Positions 25,009 to 35,461 of a stretch of 64,000 bases of DNA are shown here, piece by piece (the stretch's first letter is position 1; the number at the start of each line of letters is the position of its first letter). The stretch spans positions 966,942 to 1,030,941 of the forward strand of contig JAPDFW010000114.1 in assembly GCA_028826165.1 (NCBI GenBank). Reading direction: 5' to 3'. A program made the translations under genes and the position numbers. This stretch comes from Anaeramoeba ignava BMAN. Lineage: Eukaryota; Protista; Anaeramoebae. The notes beneath the pieces were generated by a model. That model ran no database searches. It was given only the letters and a program-made list of their open reading frames with translations, and had not been told where the DNA came from.

Positions 25009-27171
25009 TTAAATATTCTGGAATAAATGAAATGAACGAATCAAAGTGGAACGTAATTCACTTGAATTTGTTTGTTTAAGTTCTTTATTAATAGTATCAA
25101 ACAACTCTTGATGAATGATTTGATTGCAAATAACTTTATGAACATTTTCTAAAGAAACTGTAAAAAATCTTTCACTGATTGGAAAAGTTTCCACTAATAT
25201 ATCAGTATTACGAGTATTTAAATCAAGAACAGCCTTTGGAATTTGGTCTGATATAATCTGGAAATTAAACAAATCAAGCTCGTTTTGCAATCCATCTTGT
25301 AAATCTTGAGATTTTGAATGATGAGAAGAAAAAGAAGCAACAATATTGTTTGCATTTTGAGGATTTGGACCTAAAACAACAACTTCATCTCCCTTTTCAA
25401 GCGCAAATTGTTGTGTCTCAAAACTCGAGGACAAATTTACAGAATAAACAGGTGTTAATAAGATATCCATATAATGAGATATTTTGGGCTGATAAATTTC
25501 AACCAAGTCATTGAAAATATGCATTGGCGATTCATCAGGAAAAGAAGAAAAATTAGCAACAGTTTGAATGATCTTTGACGAGAGAATCAGACCTCGACGA
25601 AGCTTGGAAGAGATTTCATAGTTTCTTTCAGGGAAGAATCTTTCAGGAGCAGAAATTCCAGGGGAAAAAAAACGAAGAAAAATGATTCCTGAGATGAGTA
25701 TATAATTTGCGCCCGAGAATTTCTCTGCTCCCTTGTCCTTTAGAAATATGCAGAGCTTGCGCAATATGATCGGACAATAATATACAGAGCGGAGAATATT
25801 GTCCATCAATGTTGTAACCAGCTTGGAAAGGTTTGCTTTGTTGCGCTCGAAATTTGAATTTGGTGTTAAATTTGTTTCATAAACTTCATAATCAAGAGAT
25901 TCGAATTTCTGCTTGTGCTTTGAAGACTGCTTTTCCGTATTATCTTTTTCATCCTGAGATTCTTGATCGTTATCATTGACTATATTTTCGTCATGATACT
26001 CCAGAAGCTCTTCAATACTGACTCCTTGATTCATCGATAATTTTTGTTCTTGATCAATAATTTCAAAAAGAGGTTGAATTGAACGATGAAGAAACTCCTT
26101 GCCATAAGCACGAAGCGCAGTTGCTATTATTTTTGCTGATACGCTGTTTTCTCTGAACAAAGTTGTCACATCCGTTATTCCAACAAGCTCGAATTCAACG
26201 ACTTTTTCCAGAAAAAATAAAGTTTTCTGTTTAAATTCAAAAATGCTTAATAAATTTTTCCCCAATGTTTCCATTTCCTCAACACGAAAAACTCTTTTGG
26301 TCATGACAAGTACTGAGACCAAGGCGAGTTCTGGTGATAATACTAATTTCAGAAGGGATTCTCTGTCGTCAGAAGAGAGCAGTTCTTTCTGGGAGTTTTT
26401 TAACATAACATTTGTAATTTGAGGAAAATAAGCGTCTTTTTTCACTTCTAATAATTCCTTAATATCCATTTTTTCGAAATTAAGTAAATCTCCAAATATT
26501 GATACTTGTTTCTTAATTGAATCATGATCTGGATGAATATTTGCAATTTCACACTGTGTTTTTCCCCATTCAATCAATCTTTGATAAATATCATATTCAC
26601 TACTTTCTTTTGATTCAAGTAGCAAAATTTTCTTAATGGTTTCCATGCCTAATTTATCCATTGAATTCGGTTTGTGTGAAAATAATTCAGCAGAATTTTC
26701 CTCAATAAAATCCATCGCAATTTTCATAAATTTTTCATGTTGATTAAGTTCTTTATTAGAAATGAGTGACAAACAATTTTCTGTATTGATTCTTTCTGCT
26801 ATTTTTTTAGAACAAATTTTTTCAAGATTTTTCAGTTGATATTTATTCGCAACTCCAACCGCTTGGGTCAAAAACGCAATATCCCTCTGACTAAAATCAG
26901 TATTTTGAGTGTAAATAAAATGAAGAATAAAATAAAAAACTGTGAAATCAACATCTGAAATTTCAATTTCCTCAATTTTTCCAATTGTTTTGCGCCAATT
27001 TCCTTTGTAAAATTGTTGGTACCAAATAGGACTTGATGTTGCTAAAAGAAATTTGTGTGCATAAAGTATTCTTGGCGGTTTTTGTTGGTTGTCAAATATT
27101 TTTTGTTTGATAATGAACTTAATATCTGCAATTTTTGGATTATTTATAAGTAATTCAAAGTTTTTATTCAT
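25009..27171 (-). CDS. BTB-BACK plus RasGAP domain protein
   Basis: N-terminal BTB (ADIKF..AHKFLLATSSPIW..FIYT); RasGAP arginine finger TLFRENS, FLRFFSPGISAP and LILSSKIIQTVAN. Confidence 0.9.
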   Translation of the reverse strand: MNKNFELLINNPKIADIKFIIKQKIFDNQQKPPRILYAHKFLLATSSPIWYQQFYKGNWRKTIGKIEEIEISDVDFTVFYFILHFIYTQNTDFSQRDIAFLTQAVGVANKYQLKNLEKICSKKIAERINTENCLSLISNKELNQHEKFMKIAMDFIEENSAELFSHKPNSMDKLGMETIKKILLLESKESSEYDIYQRLIEWGKTQCEIANIHPDHDSIKKQVSIFGDLLNFEKMDIKELLEVKKDAYFPQITNVMLKNSQKELLSSDDRESLLKLVLSPELALVSVLVMTKRVFRVEEMETLGKNLLSIFEFKQKTLFFLEKVVEFELVGITDVTTLFRENSVSAKIIATALRAYGKEFLHRSIQPLFEIIDQEQKLSMNQGVSIEELLEYHDENIVNDNDQESQDEKDNTEKQSSKHKQKFESLDYEVYETNLTPNSNFERNKANLSKLVTTLMDNILRSVYYCPIILRKLCIFLKDKGAEKFSGANYILISGIIFLRFFSPGISAPERFFPERNYEISSKLRRGLILSSKIIQTVANFSSFPDESPMHIFNDLVEIYQPKISHYMDILLTPVYSVNLSSSFETQQFALEKGDEVVVLGPNPQNANNIVASFSSHHSKSQDLQDGLQNELDLFNFQIISDQIPKAVLDLNTRNTDILVETFPISERFFTVSLENVHKVICNQIIHQELFDTINKELKQTNSSELRSTLIRSFHLFQNI

Positions 27172-27347
27172 TTTGAGTAAAATAGAAAAATTTGTGTTGA
27201 AAAAGAAAAAGAAAAAGAAAAAGAAAATTTTTATTTGATCAAGTGAAAAAAATTAAATTGAAAAAAATGAAAAATAAAAAATGAAAAATTTTTTTTTGCT
27301 TTTTTTGGATCTTTTGTTTTGGTTATAATTTGATATTATTTTCAAAT

Positions 27348-28578
27348 TCATTTAAACTTTCCTGAAAAAGGATTTGAATCCTCTTTAAATAAAGAAGCAT
27401 CTTTCAAAGGAAGATTATTAAGGAAATTCCACCATTTTTTGATTGATAAAGGGTCTGAATTCCAAACGATAATAATAGATTTGTTTTGATTTTGATTTTG
27501 ATTTTTTTTCTTAAACGCTTTTCCAAACACAAAAAAACTATGATTTCCAGGTCCATAAATAAAAGAATCCAACCAAACCTTCTTCAAATTAGTTTTATTC
27601 ACAATTCCATTAAATTTTGCTTTTGTAATTGCTTTTAAATTTCTAACAGCATGATATTTTGCCATTCTTTCATCATTTTGAGCATGAACAATAAGAATTC
27701 TACCAGAAATAGTTGGGATAACATCCTGAACATTATAAGGGATAATACAAAGTAGCAAATAAATAAGCAATAAAACCGAAGAAAAAGCCCAAAATTGAAC
27801 CAAAAAAAGAACCGATCCAAAAAACAAGTAAAGATTTAACAGTGTCATAAGCGAGCCAAGCAACTTTCGAGTATCCGCGGTCAATTATTAAGTGGGTCCC
27901 AGGGATTTTTTGTGCCACTACAGATGCCACTCCAACTCCAAGACTAATTCCATGAACAACTACTTCTTTGGGGGATATTTTTTCTTTTTTTATTAAAAAT
28001 TCGCATGCACTTATTCCATCAAGACATGTTCCTTCATAGGAAGGAAACCCTGTGCTTTTTCCATATCCTCGGTAATTAAATTCAATCACTGAGATTCCCT
28101 GTGATATGTATGTCAAGGCGCGTATGGGACATGCATTGATCAATCCATTTTGACCGTGGCATAAACATGCAGCTTTGACTTGTTTTTCATCGGTTTTTCT
28201 TTCTATTTTCCCAATTCGGAAAAATTCAATCAGATCTTTTGCTTCACTATCAAACATTGTCATAGCTTGTTGATAATCTTTTAGTTGTTCTGTTATCTCA
28301 TGGATCCATTTATTTGCGAATTCTTGATCGTAAAATTTTTTTGTACATTTTCTCCAATCAAAATAAGTTGCTTCAAGTTTCATTTTATCTTTTGTTATTA
28401 ATTCTATTTTTTCTCCTCCTAAATCTTCTGAGAATTTTTCTATTACTTTGATTGTTTGTAGGATATCCTTGTTTTTTAGTGTTAATCCTGGATAAAGCAT
28501 CTTAATAACTAATTTTCGGAAAATTCTTTTTATTATTTTTTCTGTTATTCCAATTTTTCTTTCCAAATTAACTTTCAT
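27348..28578 (-). CDS. Alpha/beta hydrolase (ABHD12/13/16/17-like), frameshifted near 27740
   Basis: CHGQNG, FNYRGYGKSTG and nucleophile GISLG in ORF 27733-28578. Putative Asp (HAQNDE) and His (GPGNH) are in the overlapping frame 27348-27884. Removing one base at TAT CCC TTA TAA joins them. Confidence 0.8.
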
Positions 28579-28679
28579 TTTTTAATTTAAAAAAAATTTA
28601 AAGCAAGAAAAAAATGATTTTCCAAAAACTTCAATCAATTAAAATTAAAAAAAATAAAATAAAAAATTAAATAAAAAAT

Positions 28680-30665
28680 TTAATAAAAAAAAGTGGAATA
28701 AAATTTGAAATTAAATTATATTTAATAATTAAAATAATAATTAATTTATTATTTATAAATATTTTATTTCTAAATTATATTTTGAATTAAAATAATTAAA
28801 TATATTAAATTAAAATAATTAAAAATTAAATTTAATTATTTAATAAAAAAAAGTGGAATAAAATTTGAAATTAAATTATATTTAATAATTAAAATAATAA
28901 TTAATTTATTATTTATAAATATTTTATTTCTAAATTATATTTTAAATTTAAAAAAATAATTAAATATAATAAATTAAAATAATTAAAAATAAAAATAAAT
29001 TATTTTAATATAAAAAGTGGAATAAAATTTGAAATTAAATTATATTTAATAATTAAAATAATAATTAATTTATTATTTATAAATATTTTATTTCTAAATT
29101 ATATTTTGAATTAAAATAATTAAATATAATAAATTAAAATAATTAAAAATAAAAATAAATTATTTAATAAAAAGTGGAATAAAATTTGGAATTAAATTAT
29201 ATTTTAATAATTAAAATAATAATAATTAATTTATTTATATAAATATTTTATTTCTAAATTATATTTTAAATTAAAATAATTAAATATATTAAATTAAAAT
29301 TATTATTAAAAATTAAAAATAAATTATTTAATAAAAAAAAGTGGAATAAAATTTGAAATAAAATTATATTTAATAATTAATTAATAATTAATTAATAATT
29401 ATTATAAATATTTTATTTCTAAATTATATTTTAAATTAAAATAATTAAATATAATAAATTAAAATAATTAAAAAATAAAAAAATTAAATAAAAAAAAAGT
29501 GGAATAAAATTTGAAATTAAATTATATTTAATAATTAAAATAATAATTAATTAATTATTTATAAATATTTTTATTTCTAAATTATATTTAAATTAAAATA
29601 ATTAAATATAATAAATTAAAATAATTAAAAATAAAATAAAAATTTAATAAAAAGTGGAATAAAATTTTGAATTAAAAATTATATTTAATAATTAATTATT
29701 TTAAATTAAATTAATTTATTATTTAAATTAAAAATATTTTATTTCAAAAAAATTATATTTTTAAAATTAAAATAATTAAATATAAATAAAATTAAAAATA
29801 ATTAAATTAAAATAATTAAATAAAATATTTAATGGAAAAAAGTGGAATAAAATTTGAAATAAAATTATATTTAATAATTAATTAATAATTAATTTATTAT
29901 TTATAAATATTTTATTTTAAAATTATATTTTAAATTAAAATAATTAAATATATTAAATTAAAATAATTAAAAATAAAATAAATTATTTAATAAAAAGTGG
30001 AATAAAATTTTGAATTAAATTATATTTAATAATTAAATAATAAATTAATTTATTATTTATAAATATTTTATTTCTAAATTATATTTTAAATTAAAATAAT
30101 TAAATATATTAAATTAAAATAATTAAAAAATCAAATTTAATTATTTAATAAAAAAAAGTGGAATAAAATTTGAAATTAAATTATATTTAATAATTAATTA
30201 ATAATTAATTTATTATTTATAAATATTTTATTTCTAAATTATATTTTTTTAAATTAAAATAATTAAATATATTAAATTAATAAAAAAATAATTAAAAATC
30301 AAATTTAATTATTTAATAAAAAGTGGAATAAAATTTGAAATTAAATTATATTTAATAATTAAAATAATAATTAATTTATTATTTATAAATATTTTATTTC
30401 TAAATTATATTTTAAATTAAAATAATTAAATATAATAAATTAAAATAATTAAAAAATTAAATAAATTATTTAATAAAAAAAAGTGGAATAAAATTTGAAA
30501 TAAAATTATATTTAATAATTAATTAATAATTAATTTATTATTTATAAATATTTTATTTTAAAATTATATTTTAAATTAAAATAATTAAATATAATAAATT
30601 AAAATAATTAAAAAATAAAATTAATTATTTAATAAAAAAAAGTGGAATAAAATTTTGAATTAAAA
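28680..30665. repeat. AT-rich satellite, about 160 bp unit, 13 copies, each containing AAAAGTGGAATAAAATT
   Basis: GTGGAAT at about 28693, 28853, 29017, 29174, 29341, 29499, 29654, 29842, 29997, 30158, 30322, 30483 and 30642. Confidence 0.9.
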
Positions 30666-30837
30666 TAATAAATTAAAAGAAAGTTATTTTGTTTTGGAAA
30701 TTGTTCATTGAAATTCAAACTTTTCAAATTAAAAAAGAAAAAGAAAACATTAAAAAAAGAAAAAGAAAAAAGAAAAAGAATAAATCTGTTCATTAAAAAA
30801 AAATTTTGCAAAACAGAACAAAAATAAGAATTGATCC

Positions 30838-32089
30838 TTAAATAACTTGAATTGGACTATTTTGCATAAATTGATTTGCTTTTTCAATAATTGTTTTTGG
30901 AACTTTTAATTGAGGATTTTTTTTGATTTTTTCCAATTGCCGGATTAAATTTGACATTTCTTCATTTTCTGTGATAATTTGTTGACATTCTTTTTGGATA
31001 ATTTCTTGATGATGAATTTTTTTAGCAATAATTTTTTCAATTGCTCTAGTTTTCAAACGATATTCATTACGAATATTAGAAATTCTTTCTGAAAGAAGAA
31101 AAAGAAGTTCGTTTTTATCTTTAAGAAAAGAAGTAAAAAATTGATTTAAAGAATTAAGTTGTTCCGTTATTTCAAATTCTTCATGAATATTTTGCATTTC
31201 TTGAATTGACAGTTTAATTTCCAAAATCAAGTCAGAAATGTCAATGCCATCGATCAAGTCAGGATCATAATCAGTGCTTCTAAATAAGCTTTCAAAGCCA
31301 GCATCTGTACATGAAATGTCACTTAGTGAGTCATTGACAATCAATCTTTCGACAGTTGGCGTTGTTATTTCTGTCAAAATTTGTTGATCATGTTTTGATC
31401 TTTTTCTTGTTGTTGTTTTTTTTTTTTCAAACTTGCAAAAACATAAATGTTGTTTTTGTATCACAATTCGTTCAAAAATGACAGAACTTGCAAAATTTTC
31501 TCCATAATGAGATTCTAAAACAAGATCAAATTCAGATTTTTCCAAACTAGAAAATTATAGTTATTTTTTTTTTAAAAGAAAAAAGAAAAAAGAAAAAAAA
31601 GATAAAATGAATAAATAATTTTGATCAAAAAGTGAAAAAAAAACAATAACAAAATAAAAACAATAACAAAATAACAATATAACAAAATAACAAAAAATGT
31701 GGAAAAAAAAATATGGAAAAAAAAATTTAAATTGTATGATCACAAAGATAATTAAAGTAAAAATAATAAAAAGGGGAAAATTTTTTTGTAAATGTTTTAA
31801 TTGTTTTTTTTTTTTTAAATAATTACAGAAAACATTGAGACAACTTCTGAGAAATGATTTCTCTTGTTTCATGAAAAGTTGGCGGTTGAAAAATTGGACA
31901 AAATCGATGAAAACATTTTCTTCTAAAATTTGACTTTGAAATTCCTCCTAAAAAATGAACAAAAAGATCATTACAATCAATAATCTTTGATTTAAAATCT
32001 AAAATTGCAATTGCTTGATTGTAAGTGTCTTCATGTCTTTCAATAAAAAGTTCAACTTGTTGTTTAAATTGATTTGATTTATTGCCCAT
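30838..32089 (-). CDS. PAS-domain plus coiled-coil protein with predicted N-myristoylation
   Basis: Exons 32089-31827 and 31546-30838 join in frame; MGNKSN N-terminus; AIAILDFKSKIIDCNDLFVHFLG..FCPIFQP is PAS-like. Confidence 0.65.
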
Positions 32090-33014
32090 TGTTATTGTTA
32101 TTGTTATCTAAAATAAAATTGTTTTTTTTTTTTGGAATTTATATATAAAATAAAAAAACAAAAAAGGAAAAATAATTATTTTTTGTTTGTTTGATTTTAA
32201 AAAAAGATAAAAAAAAAAATGAAGAAGAAGAAAAGTGATTTTAAAAAAAAAATAAATTTTTGTTTTTATTTAAAAAATTTTTTAATAAAAATGAACAACG
32301 TATAATAAAAAAAATGAATCAGAATATTTTGTGGATTTTCTGTCTACTTTCAATTTTTATGCGAATTTCTTTTTGATTTTATTTCAAATTTTTTTATTTA
32401 AAATGATTTGTAATTATTTTTTTTTTTTCGAATTTTGATTTGATTTTAATAATTTGAAATCTTCTCTTTTATTTTTTAATTTTGATTTTGTTTTATTATT
32501 TTTATTTTAATTTTAATTTTTTTTCTTTGTGATCGATTTTTTCTTAAATTAAGAATGGTTAAAAGAATTCAATAAAAAAGATCAAACTAATAAAATAAAT
32601 AATTTTCCTTTTTTTTTAAATTAATTTTGAATTAATTTGAATTACGATCGGAAAAAAAATAAAAATAAAAACAAATTTTAATTTAAAAACACTTGACATT
32701 TTATTAATTTCTCAACTCAAATTGTTATTTTTTTTTGGAAAGTTAAATTTTAAATAAGTTATTCTTAAAAAATTTTGCTTTATTTTGATTTTACTTCTTA
32801 AATATTAATTTTAAGAAAGATAATTTTTTCTTTTCTTTTCTTTTCTTCTTTTCTTTTCTTCTTTTCTTTAATTTAAAATTGAAAGATCAATTTTATTTCA
32901 AATTTTTTTTTAATTAAGAAAAAAAATTTTTTTTTAAAATAAATTTAATTGACACAATTCTTTTAATAAACTTAATTATTCTGATCTTGAAATTTGTTTT
33001 TTATTAAATCCAAG

Positions 33015-33900
33015 TAAGATTTGATGAGTAATCACTTATTAATTTAATTATAATTTATTTTAAAAATTTTTCAAAAAGGAAATTAAAATAAAAAATTTTT
33101 TTTCTTTTTAATTTCGAATTAAAATTTTAATAATTAAAATTAAGGAATTTAAATTAAAATAAAATTTAGAATTGAATTAATATTTATTATTATGGATTAT
33201 TTATTTTTTATTTTAATTGATCAAAATTATTTCGAAATTAAAAGGTGAAAAAATTTTTTTGTTTTATTTTTTAATTTTAAATAAAAAATATGAGATCAGT
33301 TAAAATTAAATTAAATTAAATAGAAAAAAATAAGAATAATAAATGGATTGTTTTATATTAAAAAACTTATAAAGATTTGATGAGTAATCACTTATTAATT
33401 TAATTTAAATTTATTTTAAAAATTTTTCAAAAAGAAAATTAAAATAAAAAATTTCTTTTTATTTTTAATTTTGAATTAAAATTTTAATAATTAAAATAAA
33501 GGAATTTAAATTGAAATAAAATTTAGAATTGAATTAATATTTATTATTATGGATTATTTATTTTTTATTTTAATTGATCAAAATTATTTCGAAATTAAAA
33601 GGTGAAAAAAAAATTTTTTGATTTTATTTTTTAATTTTAAATAAAAAATATGAGATCAGTTAAAATTAAATTAAATTAAATAGAAAAAAATAAGAATAAT
33701 AAATGGATTGTTTTATATTAAAAAACTTATAAAGATTTGATGAGTAATCACTTATTAATTTAATTTAAATTTATTTTAAAAATTTTTCAAAAAGAAAATT
33801 AAAATAAAAAATTTTTTTTTACTTTTTAATTTTGAATTAAAATTTTAATAATTTAAATTAAGGAATTTAAATTAAAATAAAATTTAGAATTGAAATAAAA
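33015..33900. repeat. About 358-bp tandem repeat, about 2.5 copies
   Basis: AAGATTTGATGAGTAATCACTTATTAA recurs at about 33017, 33373 and 33733 with near-identical downstream sequence. Confidence 0.9.
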
Positions 33901-34015
33901 TTTAATATTGTTATTAAAATTGAAATAATATTTATTTTCTGAAGAAATTTTTCTCTTAAAAATTGTTTATGAAATTAAAAAAAAAAGAAGAAAAGAAAAA
34001 AAGTAAAGAAAAAAA

Positions 34016-35354
34016 TTAATTTTGATTAAGTAAAGCTTGGAAATCATTAAAAAGTTCAGGATGAGATTGACTAATTAATTCATGAGCTTTTTGGATTGTA
34101 GTTTCTTTATCAAAAATAGAATTATTAAATTGTTTAATAATAGATAAAAATTGATGAAACAAATCATAAGAAAGTTTTGATCTAGCTTTACGAAGAAATT
34201 CCTGACCATTTATATCAGTATTTACTATATTAGTAGTTTTAGGGGTATAAATAGGTTTTTTCCGTTGATCTGCAATTGGTGTTTTTGGAGCAATATTTGC
34301 TGATTCATGAAATTCCACTTTTTTTTTCGGTTTATTTGAATATGATTGTGTTGTTTCTATATTTGTTCCTCTTTTTTGAAATGTGCTATCAATTCGTTCT
34401 AAAAGGCTCATTGATTGATTTAGTGGATCTTTTGATCTTAAATCACTTGGTCGAAGTGGTGTTTGTTTGGAAAATGTATAGTTGCTTTGTGTTTTGTTTG
34501 TAAAAATGGAATTATTCACTTCTTTTTTTTTGGGTAATGATTCTATTTAATTTTATAAATGAATTTTAATTTTAATTTTAATTTTAATTTTGGATTTGAT
34601 TTTGGATTTGATTTTGATTTTATAAATGAATTTTAATTTTGGATTTGATTTTGATTTTAATTTTAATTTTAATTTTAATTTCAAAATGAATTTTGTAAAT
34701 GAATTTTAATTTTGGATTTGATTTTAATTTTAATTTTAATTTTAATTTCAAAATGAATTTTGTAAATGAATTTTAATTTTGTAATTTAATTTTAATTTTA
34801 ATTTTAATTTTGAAGCTGAAAAACAAACCCTTTTCAAAATTTTCTTGTAAATTTCTTTTTGCAGTAAACTAAAAGAAAACCAAAGAGAATTTAACAATAA
34901 AAAAGAAAAGAAAAGAAAAGAAATAAAAAAAGAAGGAAAAATAAATTACATTTGGATGAGGTTTTTCATCCGAATCTTCATCTTCTTGAGAAATTTTAAT
35001 TCCTTCTTCAAATTCAACGGTTTCAATAATAGCTTTTTTAAAACCAAGAAGTTTTGCTAAACTATTTCTTAATTTTCGAATAATTTCATCTTGATGAGCA
35101 TTTTTTTGCTCAAAATCTTGTTGTTTTGCACTTAAATTTCTTAATTCATTCTGAAGAAAATTTGCTTGTTCTTCTGATTGTTTATTTTGTGCTTTTAATT
35201 TTAAAATTTCTTGATCTTTTTCTCCAATTGTTGAATAAAGTCTTTGTCTTTCAGCTTCAAGAGCTCTAATTTGATCAGTAAAAGCTGAACGAATAATTTC
35301 AATTCCTGTTTCAAATTTTTGTTGTGGATTTGAAGGTAAATTTAATTCATTCAT
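34016..35354 (-). CDS. Coiled-coil protein resembling the At4g15545 family (PAH-like C-terminal helical domain)
   Basis: N-terminal LPSNPQQKFE..IRALE coiled coil and C-terminal INGQEFLRKARSKLSYDLFHQFLSIIKQFN..FQALL, recognised from memory of the family; probably 3 exons. Confidence 0.7.
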
Positions 35355-35461
35355 TTATAATTAAAAAAAATGAAAAATGAAAATGAAAAATGAAAAATGA
35401 AAATGAAAAATGAAAAATGAAAAAATTTTTTAATTTGTTTTTTGTTTTTTATTTTGCTTTT

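Noticed and set aside
28680-30665. CRISPR-like array (regularly spaced conserved word)
   Set aside because: The whole unit is repeated with no unique spacers, no cas genes are present, and the context is eukaryotic
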